IMG/VR virus record: IMGVR_UViG_3300002773_000047
Origin: an uncultured virus (IMG/VR IMGVR_UViG_3300002773_000047)
Taxonomy: Duplodnaviria; Heunggongvirae; Uroviricota; Caudoviricetes
Strand: one strand, 5' to 3'
DNA: 64,000 nt
Made by a program: the position numbers and the translations under genes. The notes under the pieces are model-generated. The model worked only from the letters and a program-made list of their open reading frames with translations, did not search any database and was not told the DNA's origin. Shown piece after piece: positions 1 through 9,676 of the stretch. Position 1 is the stretch's first letter, and the number at the start of each line of letters is the position of its first letter.

Positions 1-1062
1 TCAGAGCGCCGACCGCTTCACCTCCTTATTGCGGTCGTAGACTTTTGCCGTGGTTGCGGGGTTGGTGTGCAAATCCGGCAATTCGCCATGCACCTGCTTA
101 TGCAGCGTCGCGTAGTAGGCGCGCAGGTCGTGGAACGTGAATCTGTCGCTCTCTGCGATCACCTTCTTTTCAATTGCGAGCAACACGCATCGCTGCCAAA
201 GCGTTTTAAATCCCCGTGCCGAGTAGGCGTTATTGTCGCGGGTCGGAAAAACGTAGAGGCAGTCCACGCCGCGCTGTTTGTGCAGCGCCTGGAGCCGGTC
301 CATTAGGGCGCCAAGTGCGGCCGTGATCGAAATGATTTCCACGATGCGCTCGCGCTTTTTGCCGCGTTGTTTCGCGCGGAAGACGCGAATTTCTCCCGCA
401 TTGCGATCCACCTGCGGCCAAGACAATTCAAGGAATTCGATTTTTCGATTTCCGGCCAGACTCGCGTACTCCGCCGCCATGCCGATGATTTGCCGCTGAG
501 GCGTCTGCTCAGCGAGCCATGCCAGGAATCGGGCGAGAACTGCCGGGTCCGGCGCCTCGGTGCGCGGCTCGCTTCCGTGCGGCTCGACGCCGATGGTGCT
601 GTTGATGGTGCAGACGCCGAGCTTGATCGCGTGGCCGAAGATCCGGGACAACAGGCTCTTCTCGATGTCCGCCCGTCGCGGCGAGCCGGCGCGCTCGATG
701 TGGACGTAGTGCGCCACCACCGTGGTGGTGATCTCGGTCATGTGCATGTGGCCGAGTCGGTCGTTGATCTGCTTCCACGCCAAGCCGTAGTCGTCGCGGG
801 TGCCTTGTGTCAGTTTTTTCCAACGCGGCGAACTCTGAAAGCGCTCCCAGACCCAGCTGAGCGTGCCCATGCCGTCGCCCGGCGCACCGCCGTTCATGTC
901 GAGCACCTTGCGCAGGGCCGCCGCGAGGTCGGTGCCCAGGTTGATCGGCTTTTTGCCGACAGGGTGGAAGCGGTAGGTGACGGTCTTGCCGTCCAGCCAG
1001 GGCCGGGCTTCCATACGTGGCAGCAGCCCGGCCGCCGAGGCTCGATCTCTGGTTCTGCCCAT
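1..1062 (-). CDS. int: Tyrosine recombinase / phage integrase
   Basis: GNRKIE (catalytic R), FTFHDLRA (HxxR) and C-terminal H...Y; ATG at 1062 overlaps the upstream gene's TGA. Confidence 0.93.
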   Translation of the reverse strand: MGRTRDRASAAGLLPRMEARPWLDGKTVTYRFHPVGKKPINLGTDLAAALRKVLDMNGGAPGDGMGTLSWVWERFQSSPRWKKLTQGTRDDYGLAWKQINDRLGHMHMTEITTTVVAHYVHIERAGSPRRADIEKSLLSRIFGHAIKLGVCTINSTIGVEPHGSEPRTEAPDPAVLARFLAWLAEQTPQRQIIGMAAEYASLAGNRKIEFLELSWPQVDRNAGEIRVFRAKQRGKKRERIVEIISITAALGALMDRLQALHKQRGVDCLYVFPTRDNNAYSARGFKTLWQRCVLLAIEKKVIAESDRFTFHDLRAYYATLHKQVHGELPDLHTNPATTAKVYDRNKEVKRSAL

Positions 1063-1283
1063 CAGCGTGCTCCTGCCGGGGTTTTCCAGCGCGGGCCGTT
1101 GCTCGCGGAGGGCGGTGCGGCCGTGGCTGCGGGCCCGTAGAGGCGCGCCCATTCGACGCGCGCTACCAGCGGGCGGCCGTTGGGCCGCCGGTCGACGCGC
1201 AGGCCGAGCCGGCGGAGGTACCTGACCTTGGCGACGTTCTGGGTGAGGCCGCAGCAGATCGAATCGATTTCTTCGTCGCTCAT
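1062..1283 (-). CDS. DUF4224-like excisionase / recombination directionality factor
   Basis: MSDEEIDSICCGLTQ...YLRRLGLRVDRRPNGRPLV, coupled to int; alternative GTG start at 1310. Confidence 0.7.
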   Translation of the reverse strand: MSDEEIDSICCGLTQNVAKVRYLRRLGLRVDRRPNGRPLVARVEWARLYGPAATAAPPSASNGPRWKTPAGAR

Positions 1284-1327
1284 GTCTGGGCGGTTGGGGT
1301 CGGTAGTCACGATGCAATACTCGAAAG

Positions 1328-1570
1328 ATGAGAAAGGCCGCCCGTACCGCCCGCCAGCTGCAGCAGATCCTGATCGAGCGTATCGAAGCGCTGCCGGGCA
1401 TGGCCGGCCAGGTCACGGACGTGCACTTGGGCGGCGTGCGGTGGATTGACGGGGGAGAGGGCGGTGCCAACTGGACGGTGCCGATCCTGAGGAACCGTGA
1501 CCTGCACACGCCTGCTGTTGCGCGGGTGATTCGGCAGGCCCAGATGGAATTCGACCTCGAAGAGGACTGA
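1328..1570 (+). CDS. Small hypothetical protein antisense to the early operon
   Basis: 80-aa ORF fills the gap between flanking minus-strand genes. Confidence 0.6.
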   Translation: MRKAARTARQLQQILIERIEALPGMAGQVTDVHLGGVRWIDGGEGGANWTVPILRNRDLHTPAVARVIRQAQMEFDLEED

Positions 1571-1575
1571 TCTCT

Positions 1576-2358
1576 TCACGTATCGCCTTTGGCAGCGGCG
1601 CGGCGCAGCATTCCGTCGCAGCCGCACACGGACCAATCCCCTCCACAGATGCCGCATCGGCCATCGGCCAAGCGACATGTCGCTGGGGTGGCCGGCAGGG
1701 GCGAGTGTTTCGGCTTGGCCGCCTGTTTCGCGCGGATCCTGTTCACCATGTCGGGGGCGCTGATGCGCGCCAGCTCCGTCTCGCCCTCGGCGTGCATGTC
1801 GATGTCTTGTGCCAGGCACAGGGCGGCCAGCGTGACCATGACGCCGCCGACTTCCTGCGCCTTCTCGCCGACCGGGCGGCCGAAGGTGTAGTCCACCAGC
1901 TGGTGCGCTTCGCTGGCGGTGCACCCGCAAGCCTGCACCAGCTCCAGCGCCTCTTCGAGGAAGCGGTGGTTGCGCTCCATGCGGTCGCCGGCGATGGCCT
2001 CGCCGAAGCACTCCAGCAGCCACGGGCGCACGCGCTGCTGGAACACCGCGGGGGAGGGGGCGGAGTCTGGTACGGCCTCGATGTCCGTCTTCCCAAGGAA
2101 GATAGCGCCCTCCTCGGGATACTCGGTGTAGTGGGCGTAGAGGCCGTTGCCAGAGTGACCGGCCGTGACCTGCAGCGTGATCTCGGACGGCTCGCCCCCG
2201 AACATCGCCAGCAGATCGGTCGCTTGCTTGAGGTCGATGAACAGCGGTCCCGGCTGCGGGGTGGAGGCTGCCCGCAATGCGCGGGCCGGCGGCTGCTGGC
2301 TGGCGCTAGGCTGCCACGGCAGGGCTTCGGATTCGGTCGTTTCGATGGAGTCGGTCAT
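1576..2358 (-). CDS. Protein with C-terminal MazG-like nucleotide pyrophosphohydrolase fold
   Basis: Acidic helical motifs RFLEEALELVQA and QEVGGV. Confidence 0.55.
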   Translation of the reverse strand: MTDSIETTESEALPWQPSASQQPPARALRAASTPQPGPLFIDLKQATDLLAMFGGEPSEITLQVTAGHSGNGLYAHYTEYPEEGAIFLGKTDIEAVPDSAPSPAVFQQRVRPWLLECFGEAIAGDRMERNHRFLEEALELVQACGCTASEAHQLVDYTFGRPVGEKAQEVGGVMVTLAALCLAQDIDMHAEGETELARISAPDMVNRIRAKQAAKPKHSPLPATPATCRLADGRCGICGGDWSVCGCDGMLRRAAAKGDT

Positions 2359-2372
2359 GCTGGTCCTCGTGG

Positions 2373-3110
2373 TCAGGGTAGGAGGCGGCGGAAGCGCACA
2401 GCCCACACCCAGGGGTTCTTGTCGGCGCTGCCCGCGCCGTTGATGGCATCCCACAGCGCCAGGTAGGCATCGCGGGCGGTGTTGTGAATCGGCTCGCCGG
2501 TGATGGCGTCGAGGTAGCGCAGCCAGCGCAGCGGGCCGCGATAAGGCTCGATGCCCTCGGCCAAGGCGTCGGCCTCAGTGATGGACTTCAGACGCTCCAC
2601 GCGCACTTCGGTAATCTCCAGAAGGACGCGACTGGCCGCGCGCGGCATGAAGATGGCCGGGCGCTTCCACCAGCCCGGCGTCGCGCCCGCGCTCCGGCGG
2701 CGCCCGGGCATCGGCCACAGCCCGTCGCCGTCCGCGGCGTAGCGGTAGGCGTGGCCGCACGCCAGGGTCAGGTCGACAAAGTGCCATTCGTCTCGGCGCT
2801 TCTTCGCGCTGTAGCGCGTCTCCCAGCGGCCGAAGGCAAAGAAGGTTTCCCGGACCCAGAGCAAGTCTCCGGGGCCCCCATATGGGCAGCGCGTTGGTTC
2901 GCTCCGTCGCTCCCACCCATTGCGGGTTTCGCTTTCGAGCGTGTAGAGCCGGGGAACGTAGCTGTGCACGCTTAGGCCGGAGAAGCTCAGGTTGAGGCCC
3001 GGCGAGGGGTGGCGCCACTTCGTCACCCGGCGTGTTTGTAGCTTGGGATCGATCGTGCGCAGCACGGCGCGCACCATCGGTCCTGTGTAGAGGATGGGGA
3101 TGTCGGTCAT
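2373..3110 (-). CDS. ASCH/PUA-like phage protein
   Basis: PILYTGPMVRA..QTRR, CPYG..GDLLWVRETF, PAIFMPR, RVERL..ITEADALAEG, NPWVW. Confidence 0.75.
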   Translation of the reverse strand: MTDIPILYTGPMVRAVLRTIDPKLQTRRVTKWRHPSPGLNLSFSGLSVHSYVPRLYTLESETRNGWERRSEPTRCPYGGPGDLLWVRETFFAFGRWETRYSAKKRRDEWHFVDLTLACGHAYRYAADGDGLWPMPGRRRSAGATPGWWKRPAIFMPRAASRVLLEITEVRVERLKSITEADALAEGIEPYRGPLRWLRYLDAITGEPIHNTARDAYLALWDAINGAGSADKNPWVWAVRFRRLLP

Positions 3111-3139
3111 ACTGGGCGACTCCTTTGGAGGGCGACAAC

Positions 3140-3358
3140 ATGGAACCGTGTTCTGACTGCCGAACGCTGGATCGCCAGCTTTCGACCCAGCAGCCGCATG
3201 CAAACCTGGTCTTCAACAGCTCTCGGCCGATGAGGTATCCCACGCCAGGGAGCGAGGAGACGTGGACCTGCAGCACGTGCGGCACGAGCTTCTCGCGCGA
3301 CCTGGATCGCCGCGATGACCGAGCTATTTGGGAGATTTCCCAGCGGGCGAGTGGGTAG
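3140..3358 (+). CDS. Small zinc-ribbon protein antisense to the early operon
   Basis: CSDC...CSTC pairs; GGAGGG SD before ATG 3140. Confidence 0.65.
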   Translation: MEPCSDCRTLDRQLSTQQPHANLVFNSSRPMRYPTPGSEETWTCSTCGTSFSRDLDRRDDRAIWEISQRASG

Positions 3359-3360
3359 CC

Positions 3361-4455
3361 TCACGCTGGCACCCCGTCCCAGGTGCGGCCGTCGAGCAGG
3401 CGGCCGGCGGCCTTCTTGCCGACCTTCACAACCGGGCATTGCCAAGAGAACGCAGGGTCGTTGAGCATTGACTCGATTGCGTGTGCTGGCTGGAAGCAGC
3501 CGCTGGCGATCGGCCTGCGCTCGTCGGCGCTGACCAACTCAAAGCTGCCGCCACCGTGCGGGATTTCTTCGGACTGCATCGGCCGCCACTCGCCCCATTG
3601 CTTGAACAGGAACGGCACGCCAGCTGCGTGGCACTGGTCGCGCAGGTTGCGCGCCCAGTCGGGATGCATCGGTCGCGCACTTGGGCCGCTTTCGCCGCCG
3701 ACTATCACCCAGTCGACGGCGCCGGGCATGTCGCTATGGTTCGTAAAGCCGCCGCGCGGCTCACCCAAGCCGGCCGACGGTCCACAGGCCAGCACGCCAG
3801 CCCTGTTCCAGTATCCGGCGCGGAGCACGTCGACGCGGTGGCCGGATTTGTCGGGCCACGCAACACTGGTGAGATCCACGGCGCCCAGTAGCGGCTCCAT
3901 GCTCAAGAACCGCACGCGCGCCGGCACTTCCAGCAGCTTCGGAATGTCGCGATCAGCCTCGGCCTGATTCACGATGGTGGCGCCGAGCCAGACGTTGGGC
4001 CACGGCCATGCGACAGGGCACTCCGATGGCAGCGCCTTCATGCTTGCGGGCAGTGTCTCTTCGATCATGCGGGCGGCGTTGCCGATTCGCTTGGTTAAGA
4101 GGAGCCAGTCCAAGTTCGGTGTCGAAAGGATCAGATTGAACAGGTCGACGCGCCACTGAGGATCGACCTCGTTGTCGAACACGTCGGCCAGGCTGGCGCA
4201 GAACACTCGCTGCCGGCGGCCATGGTGCGCGAAGAAGTCCTCGTGCTGGGCGTCCCAGCGGTGCGGCAGCGCCCAGTTCGCGAGGCTGGTGCGGCGACGC
4301 GGGGCGCCCGGGCCCCAGTTGATTGCCTGACCACCGCTGAAGCGCGCGTTGCGCGTCTCCGCGTAGCAGTGGTCGCAGCCCGGGCCCACCTTCTGGCAGC
4401 CTTCCCAGGGATTGAAGGTGTGGTCAGCCCACTCGATCTTGGTGTTCTCGCTCAT
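3361..4455 (-). CDS. Phage Gp37/Gp68 (DUF5131) radical-SAM-like protein
   Basis: IEWADHTFNPWEGCQKVGPGCDHCYA, LTKR, SMEPLLG, GGESG, FFKQWG-like motifs. Confidence 0.88.
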   Translation of the reverse strand: MSENTKIEWADHTFNPWEGCQKVGPGCDHCYAETRNARFSGGQAINWGPGAPRRRTSLANWALPHRWDAQHEDFFAHHGRRQRVFCASLADVFDNEVDPQWRVDLFNLILSTPNLDWLLLTKRIGNAARMIEETLPASMKALPSECPVAWPWPNVWLGATIVNQAEADRDIPKLLEVPARVRFLSMEPLLGAVDLTSVAWPDKSGHRVDVLRAGYWNRAGVLACGPSAGLGEPRGGFTNHSDMPGAVDWVIVGGESGPSARPMHPDWARNLRDQCHAAGVPFLFKQWGEWRPMQSEEIPHGGGSFELVSADERRPIASGCFQPAHAIESMLNDPAFSWQCPVVKVGKKAAGRLLDGRTWDGVPA

Positions 4456-4541
4456 ACGCACTCCAGCGCGATGCATTTGTGAAGGGCTCGCGCCGCCAGG
4501 GCGCGAGCGGGGAGGCGCGCCAGAGGGCGCGCGGGGGCCGA

Positions 4542-5363
4542 TCAGTTCGGCGCGCCGACCAGGACCGGCAGCCCGGTTTCGGTGGCGATGGTGGCGCGCA
4601 GCTCCTTCACGGCCGTCTCGATGACCTTGTGCGGGCGCACGAGCTCGTACCAGATGGTCAGCTTGCCGCCGTCGGCGATGCGGTAGCGCAGCTGCGCTTC
4701 GACTTTCCAGAGATCGCCGTTCTCGAACACGGGGATGGCGAGCACGAACACCTCGGGCACCTGCATCTGGCCCTTCTGCGCCGAGCCCTGCACGTCTTCT
4801 TCGTAGGTGAACTGGGTGGAGCCGTCCGACAGGCGTACGCTGGAGGCAAAGTTCACCTTCTTCTTTGCTTCGAGCGTGCGCGCCACCTCGAGCACCACCG
4901 CGCCGGCCGGCTCGGCGATGTCCGGCAGGTTGGTTTCGATGAACTGCGCGAAGTCCGCTTGGTTTTGGCCTTTGCCGGAGGAGGCGTTCCAGGTCTTCCA
5001 CTCGGGCGACAGCGGCGCGTTGTACTTGGCCGTGTGGTCACGCCAGCCGGGGGCCGCCGCCACGTCGTTGAAGATGGCGGTGAAGGTCGGCGGGTTGATC
5101 GTCGAGTAGAGGCGCGTGGCTTCGCCCTTCTGGTCGTTGACGACGGCGATGAAGCTGGCGGCATCGTGCAGCGTGGTGCCGCCGCGCTTGCGGATCGGCG
5201 CCGGCAGGATCTCTTCCTTGCCTTCGTAGCGATAGCCCGCGGGCAGCAGCACGTACGGGAAGGAGTTGTTGAGGTTGCCCAGCTCGGCCGCCTTCATGGC
5301 GCTCAGGCCGGCGCCGGCGTCGAGCGCGGCCTGGGTGTTGTTGAGTTGAATGTCGTCGCTCAT
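4542..5363 (-). CDS. DUF2303 (YfdQ-like) protein
   Basis: SPEWKTW..QADFAQFIE, F.SSVRLSDG, IPVFENG, LRYRI. Confidence 0.8.
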   Translation of the reverse strand: MSDDIQLNNTQAALDAGAGLSAMKAAELGNLNNSFPYVLLPAGYRYEGKEEILPAPIRKRGGTTLHDAASFIAVVNDQKGEATRLYSTINPPTFTAIFNDVAAAPGWRDHTAKYNAPLSPEWKTWNASSGKGQNQADFAQFIETNLPDIAEPAGAVVLEVARTLEAKKKVNFASSVRLSDGSTQFTYEEDVQGSAQKGQMQVPEVFVLAIPVFENGDLWKVEAQLRYRIADGGKLTIWYELVRPHKVIETAVKELRATIATETGLPVLVGAPN

Positions 5364-5416
5364 GGTTTCTCTCGTTGAAGCGGTGGAAAAAAGGAATGGG
5401 TGAGGGTGGCGCGCGA

Positions 5417-5794
5417 TCAGGTGACGGCGCGGACTTGGCGCGACTCCTCGGACACCGAGCGCACGCCGTCGAGGGTGCGCTGGCGCGGGTCTTCGCGCTG
5501 CAGGTTGTTGTCGGGGGTGGCGAACATCAGCGTCTTGCCGCGAACGGGCTTCGGCTTCTTCACCTTGAGGTTGCTGTCGAGTTCGACCTGGCCGGCCTTG
5601 CCGACCGGCTTGATCTTGATCGCCAGCACGAGCTCGCCGCCCTTGCCGGTTTCCGTGCAGGCGTGCACCAGCTCGTTGAGCTCGTGCGTCGCCTCCTCGG
5701 AAATGGAGCCGTAGTCGAGCGTCTCGAGGAACTCCGAGAAGCTCTGCCGCTTGGCCTGCGGCGTTGGGGACTTCAATACTTCGGGCATGTTCAC
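5417..5794 (-). CDS. YfdP-like protein (usual DUF2303 partner)
   Basis: TGKGGELVLAIKIKP and MFATPDNNLQREDPRQ; adjacent to DUF2303 gene. Confidence 0.65.
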   Translation of the reverse strand: MNMPEVLKSPTPQAKRQSFSEFLETLDYGSISEEATHELNELVHACTETGKGGELVLAIKIKPVGKAGQVELDSNLKVKKPKPVRGKTLMFATPDNNLQREDPRQRTLDGVRSVSEESRQVRAVT

Positions 5795-5901
5795 CTTTCT
5801 GGTGGTTGAGGAAAGAAAGAGGGCGCCGCTCGCGCGGGTCGATCGGAAAGGGAGGGAGGGATGGAGGAGGTGAGCCCGACCGACGAATCGCCCGAAACTG
5901 G

Positions 5902-6189
5902 TTAGTCGGCCTTGGCCGCCTCGAACTTCTTGAAGCCCAGCGGCTTGATGTGCTGGTCGAAGAACTTGCCCTTCGACTCGGCGGCCATGAAGTCGCTGTG
6001 CGTCTTGGCTTCCACGTTGGGGTACTGGTAGAGGTGGCCCGGACCGCGGGTGAAGGTGAGGGCCAAGGTCTTCGTGGTGGCGTCGTAGCCGATGGCCGCC
6101 ACCTGCTTGCTCTGCACCGGAGTGAGAGGGATGTCGAGGCGGTCCGCCGGGTCGGTGAAAGCAGCAGGCGCCGCGTGGGTCTTGGGCAT
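5902..6189 (-). CDS. KTSC domain protein
   Basis: VQSKQVAAIGYD..L.LTF..G.LYQY.NV..FM.AESKGKFF. Confidence 0.85.
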   Translation of the reverse strand: MPKTHAAPAAFTDPADRLDIPLTPVQSKQVAAIGYDATTKTLALTFTRGPGHLYQYPNVEAKTHSDFMAAESKGKFFDQHIKPLGFKKFEAAKAD

Positions 6190-6214
6190 GGTTGCTCCTG
6201 GTAGTGGTGGGTGG

Positions 6215-7297
6215 TCAGGCCGCCAGGCGCTGCGCGTGCTCGGCCTTGGCTTCGGCAGCGCGGTGAATGAGCGCGTCGCAGATGTCGGCAAACTGGTGCT
6301 CGTGGTACAGCGTTGCGCCGCGCTCGCGGGCGGCGGGCTCAATGCCCAGGGCGCGCAGCTGCTCGGCGGTCAGCGTGAAGCCCAGGCGCGCGGCGATGTC
6401 ACCGATGCGCAGGGTGGGCGCGCCGGCTCCCGTCGATTCGTTCGCTGCCGTGGCGCCGGCCTCGAAGTGGCGGACTGGCGCGGGTGCGGGGTCCGTCGCG
6501 CGCGTAACGCGGCTGGTGGAGTAGCTGACGGCGCTGGGGGCGGGGCGAGCGGCAGCGGGTTCCGGTTCGGCCACCTGTTCCTGCGGCTCGACGGCGGCGG
6601 CCGGCGCGGGCGCCTGCTTGCGCTGCAGCTCGGCCAACTGTGCCCGCAGGCGCTCGTTTTCGAGCCGCTGCGCTTCCGCCGCGGCGCGCTCGCGGGTATC
6701 GGCGATCATCTTTTCCAGGGCCCGGATGGTCGCGTCCTTCTGCGCCGCGGCGCGCACGGCGAATTCCTCGAAGACATCCGCACCGACGTTGATGTTGCGC
6801 ACGTACTCCAGGCCCGCTTCGATGCGCTCGATGGGCAGGCCTGCGGCCTTCGCCACGTAGCTTTCGATCACGGCGATGGCGTCGGTGTGCTTCTGCTTGC
6901 GCTCCGCTTCAATGCGATCGCGCTCGGCCTTCTCGTCGGCGAGCTTCTTCTCGTGGACCTTGATCTGCTCGTCCACGAACGTTTCGACGGGCTCCACGAT
7001 GGCGATCAGGCGGGCGGCCTCGCCGTCGATGACCTTCTTGCAGTCGTTGAGCTGGTCTTTCGTCTTGTCGCGCAGGCGCTGGATGGCGAAGCGGCCGGAC
7101 TCGCGGAGTTCGAGGCGCGCGTCCTTGGCGGCCTTGAAGCCCTTCGGCGTGCTCATGTCGAAGACGACATTGCGGTGCCGCGTGGCGAGGGCCTCCATGT
7201 CGCTCTCCAGCGGAGAGAACACGGCGAGCGCCGCCTGGGCGATGCTGGTAGGTTGGGTGCTGACTTCCGCAGCGGAGGTGGTGGCGAGATCGGACAT
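6215..7297 (-). CDS. Coiled-coil recombination-associated protein
   Basis: Long helical ORF downstream of the exonuclease gene. Confidence 0.65.
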   Translation of the reverse strand: MSDLATTSAAEVSTQPTSIAQAALAVFSPLESDMEALATRHRNVVFDMSTPKGFKAAKDARLELRESGRFAIQRLRDKTKDQLNDCKKVIDGEAARLIAIVEPVETFVDEQIKVHEKKLADEKAERDRIEAERKQKHTDAIAVIESYVAKAAGLPIERIEAGLEYVRNINVGADVFEEFAVRAAAQKDATIRALEKMIADTRERAAAEAQRLENERLRAQLAELQRKQAPAPAAAVEPQEQVAEPEPAAARPAPSAVSYSTSRVTRATDPAPAPVRHFEAGATAANESTGAGAPTLRIGDIAARLGFTLTAEQLRALGIEPAARERGATLYHEHQFADICDALIHRAAEAKAEHAQRLAA

Positions 7298-7305
7298 ATG
7301 GCCTC

Positions 7306-8232
7306 TCAGAACGGGTTTTCGACAACTGCATGGCCGCCGCGCACGGGCGTGGCGGGCTCGGGGAACAGGGGGAGCTCCGCGGCAGGCGCCGGAGCTGGGG
7401 AGGGGGCGGGTGCGCCTGCAGGAGCGGGCGCGTCGGGGGCGACCTTGGGGGCGCCGGACATCTTTTTGGGCGTCCGCAGTACTTCGAGGTGGCTGTCCAC
7501 CAGCCGCATGAAGCCGATCAGATCGGCTTCGAGAGCGGCGATGGCATCCTCGTTGCGATAGATGCGCTTGACGAACAGGTCCTTGCCGACGGGCTCCAGC
7601 CAAGGGCAATACACCACCAGGTCGCACCACTGGCGGCCGGTGATCCAGAGCCCGCCGTTGATCTGGTCGATGTATTCGAGGTGGGCGGTTTCCGGGCTGG
7701 CCCAGACCTGCCCCAGCTTGTCGCACGCGAAGGGGCACTTGATCTCGACCATGCCGTCGTCATCGATCAGGCCGTCCGACGAGTAGCCGAAGCGCTCATC
7801 GTCGGTCATGATCAAACTGACTTCCTCGACCAGCGCGCCAGTGCGCTTCTCGTAGACCATGCGCGCCCGGGGTTCGAGATCGCGTCCGCGGCGCATCGCA
7901 TAGGTGACGAAGGTGTCATCGAGCGGCTCGCGGCTGATGGTCTCGAATGCGATCAGCCAGGCGTACTTGATGGCCGCCGCGCCCGGCTCCTCGGTGGGCT
8001 CGCCCGCGAGCGCCTTGGCGATGGCCGTCGCCCCCGGCTTTTGCTTGTAGCCGGCCTTGGCGCGTGCGTCCGACTCGGCCATGCCGAGCTGCAGGGCGTC
8101 GACGTAGAGGCGCTGCTGGTCGGTGAGGCCGCCGACTTTCTCGCGCGCCTCACTGAAGCGGGAGGCGGTGGCCACGCCGCAACGGGCACGCAACCAGTCT
8201 TCGCTCCCCTGGGGGTAGTTCAGCAGGATCAC
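7306..8232 (-). CDS. YqaJ / lambda-exonuclease-family 5'-3' exonuclease
   Basis: QGSEDWLRAR..TASRF, GRDLEP.AR, SSDGL..EIKCP, Y.DQ; GTG start overlaps ERF stop. Confidence 0.9.
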   Translation of the reverse strand: MILLNYPQGSEDWLRARCGVATASRFSEAREKVGGLTDQQRLYVDALQLGMAESDARAKAGYKQKPGATAIAKALAGEPTEEPGAAAIKYAWLIAFETISREPLDDTFVTYAMRRGRDLEPRARMVYEKRTGALVEEVSLIMTDDERFGYSSDGLIDDDGMVEIKCPFACDKLGQVWASPETAHLEYIDQINGGLWITGRQWCDLVVYCPWLEPVGKDLFVKRIYRNEDAIAALEADLIGFMRLVDSHLEVLRTPKKMSGAPKVAPDAPAPAGAPAPSPAPAPAAELPLFPEPATPVRGGHAVVENPF

Positions 8233-9047
8233 GGACGACCTCCTGCCCGCAGCTTCTTGCGGTGAGCGATCACCGACTCCTTGAACTCGTCGTAGAGGTC
8301 GCGGCGCTTCGTGTCCGCCAGCGCGACGCAGCCTTCCGCCCACAAGGCAGCGGCATCGGCATCGGTCCTGGTCTTCTGCAGGCGGTCATACAGCTTGTCG
8401 GCCAGCCGGTCGGCATCGGAAACCTGCCTCAGATCGTGCGCACCAGGTGTCTGGCCAGCGCCATTGCCGTCGTCGTCGTTCTCGCCGATTGCGACGTTGA
8501 AGATCAGCTTCAGCAGATAGCGCTGGGAGTAGGTCATCGCCGAGCCCTGGGCGTGGGTCTTCGTCATGACGTCGCCGCCCTTGGCACCCTTGCCGTCGGC
8601 GGGCATGTCGCACTTGTAGGTGCGCACGTGCCCGGCCGCGTGGGAGACGTAGCACAGCACGCGGATGTGGTCCTCTTTCGGGCTGTCGTCGGTGTCGAAG
8701 CTCAGCGCGAAGCCGTTCTTCGTGTAGATGGGGCGCAGCGCGCGGTTCAACTGCGCGTAGCTCGCGTACTTGCTGCGGGTCTGCGGGTTGACCGCATCGG
8801 CCGAGATCGGGCCCATGGCGGCCTGGGCCTTGGTCATCGCGGCGTTGAACTTCTGCTCGTTGGCGCGGGCATGCATGCGCTCGTGCATGTTCAGCAGCCG
8901 CTCCATCTTGTCGATGTCGACGTTCGGGTCGTTGGCGGCGGCCGTGATCGCGTGCAGCACGGTGGCGATCTCGTTGCGCGCCGGCAGCACCAGCGTTGCC
9001 TTTGGTGCGAAAACCTCGGGCTCGGTGGGGGCGAGTGCGGCGCTCAC
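8229..9047 (-). CDS. ERF-family single-strand annealing protein
   Basis: DIDKMERL, KYA, GSAMTYSQRYLL..FN, DDDG. Confidence 0.85.
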   Translation of the reverse strand: MSAALAPTEPEVFAPKATLVLPARNEIATVLHAITAAANDPNVDIDKMERLLNMHERMHARANEQKFNAAMTKAQAAMGPISADAVNPQTRSKYASYAQLNRALRPIYTKNGFALSFDTDDSPKEDHIRVLCYVSHAAGHVRTYKCDMPADGKGAKGGDVMTKTHAQGSAMTYSQRYLLKLIFNVAIGENDDDGNGAGQTPGAHDLRQVSDADRLADKLYDRLQKTRTDADAAALWAEGCVALADTKRRDLYDEFKESVIAHRKKLRAGGRP

Positions 9048-9286
9048 TTCGCGATACCCCTCAGAGCGAACCAGGAATCGCGCGGCTCGGTGCCGCACAC
9101 GGCCAGCAGGACGGCCGCGAGAAGCAGCAGCAGGACGATGCCGCCGACGATGAGGTAGTCGTGCGCGGTCGACGGGAACCACAGGCACGGATCGCCCATG
9201 TGGTCGTCGTTGGCAGCGGCCGGCATGCCGGCGGGGGAGGTGTCGCCAGCGCTGACGCGCGGCGGGTGCACGAGGCGAACGCTCAC
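9044..9286 (-). CDS. Small membrane protein
   Basis: One hydrophobic segment; coupled to neighbours. Confidence 0.55.
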   Translation of the reverse strand: MSVRLVHPPRVSAGDTSPAGMPAAANDDHMGDPCLWFPSTAHDYLIVGGIVLLLLLAAVLLAVCGTEPRDSWFALRGIAK

Positions 9287-9555
9287 GATGCGATCCTTTC
9301 GTAGATGAGGAGGGCGATGACGAAGAGGCCGGCGAGCACGGACACGGCCGTGGCCACCGTCTCGCTGATGCGCTGGCGGAGCGGGACTTCGATGTAGAGC
9401 CGGGTGGTGCTAGAGCGCTGGCCGGGGCCGAAGGCGTCTTCGAGCGAACGGGGCATGCGGCCGGGGCGGTGGTCGTCCGCGTTCACCGAGCCCACCAGCG
9501 TGGGTTGGTCTGCGGGCGCGGGCACCAGGGGGAAGGAGTAACCGGGGCGCTTCAT
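9283..9555 (-). CDS. Small membrane protein
   Basis: PRSLEDAFGP plus C-terminal TM helix; coupled. Confidence 0.6.
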   Translation of the reverse strand: MKRPGYSFPLVPAPADQPTLVGSVNADDHRPGRMPRSLEDAFGPGQRSSTTRLYIEVPLRQRISETVATAVSVLAGLFVIALLIYERIAS

Positions 9556-9676
9556 CGCGTGCTCCCCGGGACATCAGCAGAGCGGGCCGCGCGGCGCTGG
9601 GCGTGCAACTCGCGCGCATCGCTGTTGAAGCGCGCGGCGAGCGTGATCGCCTGGACGAGGGCGTGCAAGGCGGCGC

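Noticed and set aside
1..60. attL site / target tRNA
   Set aside because: The window starts at the integrase stop codon, so any att core lies outside; no tRNA seen
1063..1509. N-terminal extension of the 502-aa integrase ORF
   Set aside because: Overlaps two better genes; ATG 1062 is coupled to the xis-like stop and gives a normal 353-aa integrase
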